A stretch of DNA of 64,000 bases, taken from a virus (taxonomy: Duplodnaviria > Caudoviricetes). The DNA is taken from positions 1 to 64,000 of the IMG/VR virus record IMGVR_UViG_2939319381_000001. One strand, 5' to 3'. Positions 19,005 to 27,931 of this stretch are shown in pieces (position 1 is the stretch's first letter; each line of letters starts with the position of its first letter). The notes beneath the pieces are model-generated. The model did not search any database. It was given only the letters and a program-made list of their open reading frames with translations, and was not told where the DNA came from. The position numbers and the translations under genes were made by a program.

Positions 19005-19841
19005 TCAGGTGGAGTCGGCGCGGAGGGCGGGGGTGCGGGCGTGGGCTCGCTGCTCCCCGGCGTGGAATATCAGCACGATGAGGCGGGCGCCGGGTGCGGC
19101 CATCGGCTGCGCTGCGCACATCGTGACCCAGCCGGGGCCGGCTTCGGCGTGGAGGAGGGGGCGTTCGTCGCCGTCGGGGTGGATGTGGGCGACGGATCCG
19201 GTCCAGATCGGGGCGCAGTCGGGGTCGTTGAGGACTTCCTCCTCGAGGCCGCGGAGGATCGGGTCGTCGGGGCGTGCGGCAAGAGCGGCCCGGAGCTGGG
19301 GGAGGACGAGGGGTGCCCACGCGGTGTGCCAGTCGGTGAGCATGTGGCGTCCGGCCGGCTCCAACACCATCCACCGCATGGTGTTGCGGGGTACCTGGCC
19401 GCCGGGAAACAGGGCGGCGAACGGGGCGTTGTGGGCTATGAGCTCCCAGGAGGCGTCGGTGATGTACGCGGGGTGGTGCATCCCGTCAACGGCTTCCTGC
19501 CACACTCCGGGGACCTGCTTCCCGGAGGCGGGGGTGAGGGGGCCGGGGGGGTCTCCGATGCCGGCGTACCGGCAGAGGCTGGTCCACTCCTGCTCGTTGA
19601 GGGCGAAGAGGGCGGCGACGGCGCGGAGGTAGTCGGCGGGCGGGTTGGGGTAACGGCCGGACTCGAGGCGCCGGTACGTGCCGCCGGTACGGCCGGTGAG
19701 TTCGTCGACTTGGTACTGGGTCAGGCCGGGTGCGCGGAGGCCTTGTTTGCTGGGGCGGGAAAATCCGTGTCCGGCGGGGTCGATGAGTCCCCGACGCTCC
19801 GTCAGGAGTTTACGAAGGGCATCCTTACTAACCTTGCTCAT
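19005..19841 (-). CDS. MmyB-family regulator (XRE HTH plus PAS-like ligand-binding domain)
   Basis: LRKLLTERRGLIDP...GLRAPGLTQYQVDEL...YRRLESGR; C-terminal PAYITDASWELIAHN...NTMRW. Confidence 0.9.
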   Translation of the reverse strand: MSKVSKDALRKLLTERRGLIDPAGHGFSRPSKQGLRAPGLTQYQVDELTGRTGGTYRRLESGRYPNPPADYLRAVAALFALNEQEWTSLCRYAGIGDPPGPLTPASGKQVPGVWQEAVDGMHHPAYITDASWELIAHNAPFAALFPGGQVPRNTMRWMVLEPAGRHMLTDWHTAWAPLVLPQLRAALAARPDDPILRGLEEEVLNDPDCAPIWTGSVAHIHPDGDERPLLHAEAGPGWVTMCAAQPMAAPGARLIVLIFHAGEQRAHARTPALRADST

Positions 19842-19885
19842 GTGCTCGTATTCCCCCGTGTATGAGGCATGCGGTACTGGTGGAA

Positions 19886-19920
19886 AGCCTAGTTGGCGCC
19901 ATGGTTTTTAGCGCTAAAAA
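19886..19920 (-). promoter_or_regulatory. promoter of the MmyB-like gene with palindrome TTTTTAGCGCTAAAAA over the -35 region
   Basis: -10 TAGGCT at 19891-19886; perfect 16-bp palindrome at 19905-19920. Confidence 0.6.
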
Positions 19921-20258
19921 GTTGCCCTAGAAAAGTGGCTGTTTACCGGTGATGCTGGCGTGGTGTCCCGCTGGCCTGCGGAGTCTCGCAGCGCCCTGGG
20001 CGGGCGGGGCATGTGTGGGATTCCCGGCCATTCCGTGTGAGCGGTGTGCGGTGTGGTCACGCAGCGGGAATTCCGTTGCCCGTCTGGAACGGTGGCGGGA
20101 AGGGCTTGACCGGCAGACCGGTATTCCACCCCATAGGCGGGTGGGGCTTCGCAGCACGGTCTGTTGGTCCGGCTCTTCCGGTGGCCTTCCCGGCATCCCC
20201 CTGCCGGGTGGGGCGGGCGCGAGGCGCGGCTGGTACTTAGGTGCCGGCCGCGCCTTCG

Positions 20259-22147
20259 TCATGTCCGGGGCGGCCGGGTGCCGGTATGGGTGCACTGCCC
20301 GGCGGTGAGACGGCGGATCGTGGATTCGTCGGCGCGGTTCTCGGCGACAACGTGGTCGACGATCTGGTCGAGGCTGTAGTCCTCGCCCGGCTCGGCCCAG
20401 CCGAGGACCTGGGTGGCGAGGGTGTGGCGGCCGCGGCCGATGGTGTTGATCAGGTCGACGGTGGCCTTCATCAGGCCTGCGTGGCCCGCCTCCTGCGCCC
20501 GCACCAGTTCGGCGAGTTGCTCGGCTTCCTTGGGGAGGATCACCCCGCGTAGCAGCCGGTCGAGGAGGCGGTGGACGGGATCGGGCTGGGTGGTCACGTT
20601 TCCTCCTCGGGTACGGCGGTGATGGCGAGGCCCCATCCGAGGTAGCGGAACGCCGCCTGGATGGTGCTGATGGGGTGGTCGGCGATGTGGGTGGCGAGGG
20701 CGTGCGCGGCCGGGTCGTCGGGCTCTATCGGGTCGGCGGCCGGGCGCTCGGGCTGAGTGGTCACGGCCCCTCCTCTCGGTGTGCGGCGTTGATCTGGTCG
20801 CGTATGGCTTCGGCTCCGGTGAGGAACTCCCGCCACCTGGTGGGTTCGGGCCCGGTCTTGCCGAAGTGGACGCGGAGTTCGGCGACAAGGACGTCGTCTC
20901 CGGGGTTTTCGTCGCCGTGGCCGAGGGCTTCGGACAGGACGTCACGGAACCGGTCGGCTGCACCGGCGGCGGTCTGCCTGGCCTGCCGCTGGTCTTCGAG
21001 GTCGGCACGAAGGTGGGCGAGCTCGTCGGGCTGGGGCTGGGTCGTCACCGGGCCCCCTCGGTGTCGTCGAGGGCGAGCTGCCCGGGGGCCTGCATGACGG
21101 GCTCGGGCGGCATGAGGGTGTCGAAGTGGGCGCGGTGGGCGTCGTCGTCGGCCGGGCAGATGTGCCGTTCGGTGAGGTCGCGGGCAAGGACTGCCCACCC
21201 GGTGGTACGGACGGTCTGTTCGGCGGTGGACGCGTCGGCGAACCAGACGGGCTCTTCGGTCTCGGGGCCGACGTACTCGGTGTGGCAGATGTCGCAGGTG
21301 ATGACGTAGCAGTGCTGGAGGCGTGTGGCCACGGTGGTCCTTCCGGGTTGGGGGGTGGCCGCCACACAGCGGCCATCCGGCGGGGACAGGTCAGACAGCG
21401 GGCTGGTCGAGGGCGGCGCGGATGCGGGCGGTCGCTGCCCGGACGGTGGGGTCGGTGGTCGCCGCGTCGATGGCGTCGCACTCGGTGCGGATGGTGGCGG
21501 CGAGGGTGCGGGCGGCACGGAGGGCGATGGTTCGGGCGGCGCGTTCGCCGGGTCCGGGCTGGGTGGTACGGCGGCGGGGCGGGTTGGGCATGTCGTGGTC
21601 CTTCCGGGTTGGGGTGGCCGCCCCACCCGGGGCGGCCACCCAGCAGGGGCAGTCAGGCGGCGGGGGCGGTTCGGGTCACGAGAGCGAGTGACAGAGCGAC
21701 CAGTTCGTCGTCGGGGCGGGGGTCGTCTCGCCACCGCAGGACGGAGCAGCCGGTGATGGACCCCTCGTCGATCTCGTGCAGGGTCGGCTCCTGCCAGGCG
21801 CGGTCCTGCCAGTCCTCGGAGGGAGGCGTGGCCCCGCCCCGGGCGTTGTCCGGCCATGAGACCAGTACGGTCCGCTCAACCAGAGCGGCGGTGAAATCGG
21901 CGGGCTCGGTCATGGTGGTCTCCTCGGTGGGCCGGGATCACCCGGCAGCAGGGGCGGGGGTGGTGGTGTGCGGCGCGAGGCCGAGCACGATGGCGGAGGT
22001 GCAGGGCCAGGGGGCGTATCGGCGGTGTGCGGGCCGGCTCCCCATCCGGGGGTAGTTCCAGCGGCAGCGGGCGCATACGACGGCCCGGTTGGGCCAGTCG
22101 CCGCCGACCTCTATGGGCTCGTGGCCGAACGTCTCGGGCGTGGTCAT
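20259..22147 (-). other. cluster of about 7 small leftward hypothetical CDS (approx. 20259-20597, 20594-20763, 20761-21048, 21045-21329, 21391-21591, 21653-21913, 21938-22147)
   Basis: Short coupled ORFs with RBSs and phage-like starts (MTTQP...). Confidence 0.55.
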
Positions 22148-22150
22148 CGT

Positions 22151-22290
22151 TTGACGTCCTCCCAGCCCTTTCGGGGCGGGGATTCCCTCACTGGCGCTCG
22201 TTGTGGCGGAGCGCCTTGAGCTGGGTTCCTGTTTCATCGGCCGATGCCTCCGCAAGCGGAGGAGTTACTCAGCCTCCGCAGGCGTTTACG
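22151..22290 (-). ncRNA. putative TnpB omegaRNA scaffold / IS605-type right end ending in TCAA
   Basis: Minus-strand GGGAATCCCCGCCCCGAAAGGGCTGGGAGGACGTCAA hairpin directly 3' of tnpB; 5' boundary uncertain. Confidence 0.7.
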
Positions 22291-23426
22291 GTCTCCGCCC
22301 GTCCGGCGGCGACCTTGCGTCCTTCGGTCTTGATGTTGCGTGCGGCGTTGAAGTCGCGGTCGTGCACGGCCCCACAGTTGAGGCAAGTCCACGTCCGGAC
22401 CTTGAGGGGCTTCGGGCCGTCCTTGAACCCGCAAGCCGAACAGAGCTGCGAGGAGGGAAAGAACCGGTCCACCCGTGCGAAGGTGCGGCCGTAGCGCGTG
22501 GCCTTGTACTTCAGCATTCCGACGAAGGTGGACCATCCGGCGTCGTGCACAGACTTCGCGAGACGGGTCCGTCCGAGACCGCTCACTGCAAGGTCTTCCA
22601 CGTACACCGCTTGGTTCTCGCGGATGATCGTGGTCGACAGCTTGTGGTGAAAGTCCCGGCGGGCATTCGTTGTTCGGGCGTGCGCCCGTGCAACCTTGAC
22701 CACGGCCTTCTTGCGGTTGCTGCTTCCCTTCGCTTTCCGGGAAAGGCTCTGCTGCGCCTTGCGGAGGCGCTTCTCTGCCCGCCGGAACAGCTTCGGCGCA
22801 GCCACTTTCCGACCGTCGGAGAGGACCGCGAAGTGCGTGAGACCCAGGTCGATCCCCACCTCGCCGTCCGCTTCCGGTAGCACCTCGGACGGGTCGGTCT
22901 GGATCACGAACGAGACGAAGTAGCGTCCGGCCGCATCCTTGATCACGGTCACCGACGAGGGGGCGGACGGCAGCTTCCTGGACCAGCGCACCGAGACGTC
23001 GCCGACCTTCGGCAGGCGAAGCTTCCCGTTCGGTAGCACCCGGAAGCAGTCCGACTTGGTGTACCGGGCTACTTGCCGGTTGTCCCGCTTCGACCTGAAG
23101 CGGGGCTCGCCGACCTTGGGCCCTTTCCGTTTCCCCGACATGGAGTCGAAGAAGTTCCGGTACGCCGCGTCGAGGTCGCGCAGGGCTTGCTGCATGACAC
23201 CGACGGGGGCGTTGACCAGCCACGCTCGTTCGGGGGTGCGCTTCGCCTGGGTGATGAGCGTCTTGGACAGCTCGCCCGACCTGGGGAAGGGCACCTTCGC
23301 GGCGTGCGCATCCTTCCGAATGCGCAGAGCGTCGTTGTACACCACCCGCGCGCACCCGAACGTCCGGGCGAGCGCTGCGCGCTGGCCGGACGTCGGGTAG
23401 ACGCGGAAGTTGTACCGAAGCTGCAT
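22269..23426 (-). CDS. tnpB: IS200/IS605-family RNA-guided nuclease TnpB
   Basis: N-terminal YNFRVYPT..Q...FGCARVVYN; RuvC residues GIDLG, VEDL, DRDFNAARNI; CSAC/CLNC zinc finger. Confidence 0.97.
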   Translation of the reverse strand: MQLRYNFRVYPTSGQRAALARTFGCARVVYNDALRIRKDAHAAKVPFPRSGELSKTLITQAKRTPERAWLVNAPVGVMQQALRDLDAAYRNFFDSMSGKRKGPKVGEPRFRSKRDNRQVARYTKSDCFRVLPNGKLRLPKVGDVSVRWSRKLPSAPSSVTVIKDAAGRYFVSFVIQTDPSEVLPEADGEVGIDLGLTHFAVLSDGRKVAAPKLFRRAEKRLRKAQQSLSRKAKGSSNRKKAVVKVARAHARTTNARRDFHHKLSTTIIRENQAVYVEDLAVSGLGRTRLAKSVHDAGWSTFVGMLKYKATRYGRTFARVDRFFPSSQLCSACGFKDGPKPLKVRTWTCLNCGAVHDRDFNAARNIKTEGRKVAAGRAETVNACGG

Positions 23427-23472
23427 GGTCCCATTCTAGCTCCATCATGGGACCAGTGCCAGAATGGGACCA

Positions 23473-23636
23473 TGACGAAACACGTGAATCTCCGACTCCC
23501 CGACGACGTGCACGAGAAGGCTGTGGCTGCTGCCGCCTCCGACGACCGCTCCCTGAACTCATGGCTGATCTCCGTAGTGCGACGTGCCACTGAATCCCCC
23601 GGCGCATCGGACCGCCTCGGCGACGATCCGGCCTGA
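23473..23636 (+). CDS. ribbon-helix-helix (Arc/HicB-like) protein divergent from tnpB
   Basis: KHVNLRLPDDVHEK...DDRSLNSWL. Confidence 0.85.
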
Positions 23637-23638
23637 GG

Positions 23639-25000
23639 TCACTGGGGCTCCTCGGGCGCGGCAGGGGCAGCGGGCGGCCCGGGGCAGAGGAACGGGTAGT
23701 CGGGGTTGGTGCCCTTCGGCAGGTGCGTGGGCGGCTCCGCTGGCTCGACGGGCAGCGCGGGCGCGTCCAGCAGTTCGCACATGCCGCAGGAGAAGCCGAC
23801 GGTGATCGCACCGGTGGCCAGCGGGCATGTCTCCCGGTGGGCATCTCGGACTCGCCGGAGCTTGTCGGTGAGGGCGGAGGCTCCGTGCCCGTACTGGGTG
23901 ACCATGTCGCCGAGCCGGCGGATCTCCGCTGCCTGGCCCGCCTCGGTGGTGGGCGGCTGCACCCCGGCGGCAGCGTCGTCGGCCAGGCGGCGGAGGGACG
24001 CGGCCACCTCCAGTTCCACCACGCAGTTCTGGCAGTCGGACCGGAACGCCGCAGCCACCTCGGCGGCTTCGCGGAGCACGGCGGCCCGGTCGGCAGGCGC
24101 GGGCGGGGCGGCGTTCAGCGCGGCCTCGGCTTCGCCCGCCCGCAGGATCTCCTGCCCCAACTGCCGCCTGACCTCGTCAAGGGTGCGCTCCAGGGTGAGG
24201 ATCTGCTCGGACTGCTCCAGCACCCGCCTGCCGCGCCGCCTGCACTCTGCGCCCACCTCGTCACGGCGCCGCTGGAGGGCCGCCAGCTTCTTCTCGGTCG
24301 CGGCCCGGTCGTCCTCACTCGTGGTGCCGAGGAGCTGCCGTCCGCAGCGGGCCCCCTTCAGCCACTCCCGGACGTCCCCCGTCGTGACCGGGCGCTGCTC
24401 CCGGTCGGCGATATCGCAGCACTCCCCGACGAAGGCGAGGGCGTCCTGGGCTTGGTACAGCTCGGTGTTGAGCTCGTCGGCCATCTCGCGGGCCTCCTCG
24501 GCGGTGAGCTCGGCATACGGGGGCCGGACGCCGTGCTGCGGGCAGTCCTCCTGCGGCCCCTCGTAGTTGCCGACGCCCGGGGTGCCGCACGTGCACTCGG
24601 TGGTGCCGAGGAGCTGCCGGGCCACCGCCAGGGCCTCGACGTGTGTGCTGGCCCCGACCGTCACCTTCAGCCCGGTCTCCTCCGGGTGCGCGGAAGCGTC
24701 ATCGATCACCTGCCAGATCTCCGCCTCCCGGTCCAGCCAGGCGGCCAGGGCGAGGCCGACCCCGGGGTGCATCAGGGCGATGTAGTCGGCGTTCAGGTGC
24801 CCGTTGTACTGGCTGTCCAGGGTCGTGAGCGTCTTGCCCTTACCGACGAGCAGGGCGTCCTTCGTTTCACCCCACCGCTCGGCGGGGTGGTCGGCGGTCC
24901 ACGGCCCTTCGGTGGCGTCGATCGACGCTTCACGGAGCAGCTCGGCAGCGGCGCGCAGCTCCTCGGCGGGGCGGTCAGCGGGGGTGGGTGAGGTGGGCAT
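23639..25000 (-). CDS. large mosaic hypothetical phage protein (ATEGPW...NADYIA module, coiled coils)
   Basis: Ead/Ea22-like N-terminal motif; lies downstream of the repeated promoter. Confidence 0.65.
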   Translation of the reverse strand: MPTSPTPADRPAEELRAAAELLREASIDATEGPWTADHPAERWGETKDALLVGKGKTLTTLDSQYNGHLNADYIALMHPGVGLALAAWLDREAEIWQVIDDASAHPEETGLKVTVGASTHVEALAVARQLLGTTECTCGTPGVGNYEGPQEDCPQHGVRPPYAELTAEEAREMADELNTELYQAQDALAFVGECCDIADREQRPVTTGDVREWLKGARCGRQLLGTTSEDDRAATEKKLAALQRRRDEVGAECRRRGRRVLEQSEQILTLERTLDEVRRQLGQEILRAGEAEAALNAAPPAPADRAAVLREAAEVAAAFRSDCQNCVVELEVAASLRRLADDAAAGVQPPTTEAGQAAEIRRLGDMVTQYGHGASALTDKLRRVRDAHRETCPLATGAITVGFSCGMCELLDAPALPVEPAEPPTHLPKGTNPDYPFLCPGPPAAPAAPEEPQ

Positions 25001-25124
25001 CAACGGCTCCAGGTGGTGTGCGGGGCGGCCGGCGGCGGCGGTTCGGGGCCCGGGGGAAGGGGGCTCTTCCAGGGTCAGCCCGTTGTGGCCGTTCGTTCCC
25101 CCGGGTCCGTACGGGCGATGCCCC

Positions 25125-25157
25125 ATGATACCGCGAAACGTATTGCATAGCCATACG
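25125..25157 (-). promoter_or_regulatory. operator CGTATTGC-ATA-GCCATACG overlapping leftward promoter TGGCTA-N17-TATCAT
   Basis: Third copy (one mismatch) at 25139-25157. Confidence 0.75.
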
Positions 25158-25301
25158 AATGCGGGAGCGGTGTCCGGGCATGACGAAGCCCCCGACCACA
25201 CCGGTCAGGGGCTCAGTGCTGCACTACTCCCGCAGCACGCCTACGCGTTGGTGTCCGCGTCCTCGAGCTGGTCGTCGTCCAGCCAGTGGCCGGCCAGTCG
25301 G

Positions 25302-25627
25302 TCAGGCCCGGCCAGCGTTCTCCGCGTGGCTCAGCTGCGACGGCTCGGTACGGGGCGCGTCCTCGTACCAGCAGAACGGGCGGATCGTCCGGGACGCCGA
25401 GAACGCCCGGGTGGCCGCGCCGACGACGCTGCCGGGTTCAATGAGGGCACCTTCGATGGAGGCGGCCATCCGCGCCCCGTGGTGCTCACACCCGGTGGCC
25501 ACGTTCCCGGCGCCGTCAAGGACGGTGACGGCGTCGTACGGGCCGCAGCAGGGGGTGGGGTCCTCGATGTGCGCGGCGGTGCAGCGTTCGGCCGGCGGCG
25601 GGGTGGGGGCCTGGTCCACGACGTCCT
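25302..25627 (-). CDS. hypothetical protein (CTAAH.EDPTPC...GCEHHGAR)
   Basis: AAGGAGG RBS; start approximate. Confidence 0.55.
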
Positions 25628-25731
25628 CCTTGGTGCGGGGGTGTTCCCACTGTGGCATCGGGGACTGACAGGCCGGGCGGAAACACGACACCCCCCACCC
25701 GAACCGGGCAGGGGGCAACCAGGCGTGGCCG

Positions 25732-26232
25732 TTACGGTTCCGGGTGCACCTCGGGAGGTTCACCGCAGGTGACGCAGACGTCCGGCTGCATGAGCGTGTC
25801 CCAGAACTTGTGCGCGAAAGTGCCGGGGCCGGCGTAGTTGCGTTGCGCCTCTTTGAGGCAGTTCCGGCCGGGGGTGCACCGCCCGCAGCAGTCGTGACCC
25901 GGGATGGTCCAGTTGACCTTCTTGGAGCATGCGTAGTGGCGGCACATGTAGTAGTAGCCGTGGTTGTTCAGTTGGACGTGGCGGCCGAGGTGGTCGTAGC
26001 GCCCTTGTCCGGTGTTCTCTGCGGACTCGATCGGGCGTGCGGGCTCGTCCGCAGGCGCACGTCCGCCTGCGACGGCACGAAGGGCTCCCGCGGCCGAGAC
26101 TGTGAGACCGGTGACCACGATGGTCTTCGTGGTGGGGTGGAGGTTGTCCCAGCGGGCGGCGATGCGCTGGCGCAAGGGCGGCTTGGCGGGCTCGCTGGGT
26201 TCGGTCCGGGGTGTGGTGGTGATGTCGGTCAT
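25732..26232 (-). CDS. membrane-anchored Cys-rich protein
   Basis: One hydrophobic segment; C-terminal domain with many Cys. Confidence 0.6.
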   Translation of the reverse strand: MTDITTTPRTEPSEPAKPPLRQRIAARWDNLHPTTKTIVVTGLTVSAAGALRAVAGGRAPADEPARPIESAENTGQGRYDHLGRHVQLNNHGYYYMCRHYACSKKVNWTIPGHDCCGRCTPGRNCLKEAQRNYAGPGTFAHKFWDTLMQPDVCVTCGEPPEVHPEP

Positions 26233-26318
26233 GGGGCCCCCTGGGCGTGCGGTGGTGCGAGAACCGTAGCGACTCGAAAGGTCAACGAAATGTCAGAGCG
26301 GCGGCTTACAGTGCGGCG

Positions 26319-26666
26319 ATGTTCATACTTTCCATCGCGCTGACCGTGATCGGCGCTGTGCTGTCCGTCCTCGGCGTGTACTGGGGTGCACTCAAGACCG
26401 TCCGCGAGTACCGGGTCTTGAAGACTGATCTGGCGAAGCTCGACACGATCGTCCGCGACACGGAGGCCACCTCCGAGGAGCGGACCCAGCGCCGTCACGC
26501 TCTTCGGCATCCGACCGGGAACTGGGGGAGTCTGGAGTACTTCGAGGAGAACGCCCAGTTGGCGGCGCTCGAGCTGGTGGTGCATTCGTTGAAGTGGCCG
26601 GCGCTGCTGACGGTGGCGGGGGTGCTGGTGGGGTCGGTCGCGAACGTCGTGTCCCTCTGGGCGTAG
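26319..26666 (+). CDS. two-TM membrane protein
   Basis: N- and C-terminal hydrophobic helices; opposite strand to its neighbours. Confidence 0.6.
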   Translation: MFILSIALTVIGAVLSVLGVYWGALKTVREYRVLKTDLAKLDTIVRDTEATSEERTQRRHALRHPTGNWGSLEYFEENAQLAALELVVHSLKWPALLTVAGVLVGSVANVVSLWA

Positions 26667-26667
26667 A

Positions 26668-26700
26668 GCAGCCCCCGGCCGGCGTACGGTCGGGGGCTGT
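26668..26700. terminator. terminator between convergent genes
   Basis: cagcccccggcc / ggtcgggggctg inverted repeat. Confidence 0.55.
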
Positions 26701-26707
26701 CAGGTGA

Positions 26708-27427
26708 TCAGGAGGCCAGATCCTTACCGTTGTGAGCGTGCCGGGCCCGCGGGGTGCCTGAGAACGAGCCAGCCCGCCCCTGGGGGCCAGACCGCATCAT
26801 CTGCTCAGCCTCAGCGCGATCGGCCGCCTCGGCCGTCACGGGCATGACGTCATTCCAGTAGATGTCGAGCATTGTTCGGAGTGTTGTCGGGGTCTGATCG
26901 GGGCCGGTCGGCACGGTAAGCCTGTCGAGGAGCTGCCACAGTTCGTAGTCCGTCTGGTCAGCGATCCCGCCGGCCCGCGCGTGCGCAGCTTGATGGCGTT
27001 GTACAGCTACGGAAAGGCGCCGCAGGGTTTCCCGTGCCCCTTGAGCGACTTCCACGCTCTGAGCCCGGTTGACGTTCCGCTGCTCTTTGCCGAGTTCGGA
27101 GATGGCGCGCTGAACACGCTGGTGGAAGTTGGCGCCCCTGCGGCGGGTGGCTTCGTACTCGGGCTGGCTACCGAACCAGTCGGCTTTGCCGGCCTCGCCG
27201 CGGGCGAAGCACTCGGTACGGAACGCGTCGCGTTCGGTCTTGCGCCGTCGCAGGACGCTTGCGGTCCGTTCGTGGACGTTGACGAGGAGCTGCCGAGACC
27301 GTGCCAAGTTGTCAGGGTGGATGATCGCCGCCCACGCTTCGGGGTCCCTTGTCGGCGGGTGGATGTTGGAGACGATGAGTTGTTCGTACTCGTTGTCGGG
27401 TAGCTGGGCGATCTCTTCAGCGTCCAC
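26708..27427 (-). CDS. hypothetical helical protein
   Basis: GGAGG RBS; 239-aa ORF. Confidence 0.65.
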   Translation of the reverse strand: MDAEEIAQLPDNEYEQLIVSNIHPPTRDPEAWAAIIHPDNLARSRQLLVNVHERTASVLRRRKTERDAFRTECFARGEAGKADWFGSQPEYEATRRRGANFHQRVQRAISELGKEQRNVNRAQSVEVAQGARETLRRLSVAVQRHQAAHARAGGIADQTDYELWQLLDRLTVPTGPDQTPTTLRTMLDIYWNDVMPVTAEAADRAEAEQMMRSGPQGRAGSFSGTPRARHAHNGKDLAS

Positions 27428-27556
27428 TACTGGCCTCCAAGCCGGTGTTGGGCGGTCCTGAGTTCATAGTGGCGCACGGGTCTGACAAGCACTCTGATAC
27501 GCCGAAATAGGTCAGACCGATGCGCTACGGCTCTCGCCGGATGGGGCGGGCCTCGT

Positions 27557-27739
27557 TCAGGTCCGTCGGCCGAGCGTGGCCGCCATGGGCCAGACGCCGC
27601 CGAGAACGGTGACGGCCCCGCCGAGGTGCTGGAGCTGTTCTCCGGTGAGGGTGAGCAGTCCGCAGAGGGCGATGGTCATGGCGGCGGCCGCGATGTGTGC
27701 GGGGGTCGGGTTCTGGCCGGGCAGGTGGTTATCGGTCAT
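27557..27739 (-). CDS. small hydrophobic protein
   Basis: Directly downstream of the fourth operator/promoter; GGAAGG RBS. Confidence 0.5.
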   Translation of the reverse strand: MTDNHLPGQNPTPAHIAAAAMTIALCGLLTLTGEQLQHLGGAVTVLGGVWPMAATLGRRT

Positions 27740-27879
27740 CGTGGGGGCCTTCCGGGGCGTGGTGGGTGGTGCTGGTGGACGATGGGGCCACCACGCCGGA
27801 GGGCCTCCTGGGGGAGGACCGGTTGGGAGACGCACCGCGGGCCTTAGGCCTCGGAACCGGTGGCCCGGGGTGCGCACCC

Positions 27880-27912
27880 AACATACCCACTCTCGTATTG
27901 CTAAGCAATACG
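27880..27912 (-). promoter_or_regulatory. operator CGTATTGC-TAA-GCAATACG overlapping leftward promoter TTGCTT-N17-TATGTT
   Basis: Fourth copy at 27894-27912; spacer AGAGTGGG identical to copy 1. Confidence 0.8.
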
Positions 27913-27931
27913 GTTCGAGGTTCCGGGTAAT

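Noticed and set aside
17218-19632. 804-aa plus-strand ORF
   Set aside because: Antisense shadow of the PKS and MmyB genes; long stop-free frames are expected at this GC content
19005-19841. Possible TTA (bldA) codon, as in mmyB
   Set aside because: The plus-strand TAA triplets found (19651, 19829) are out of frame
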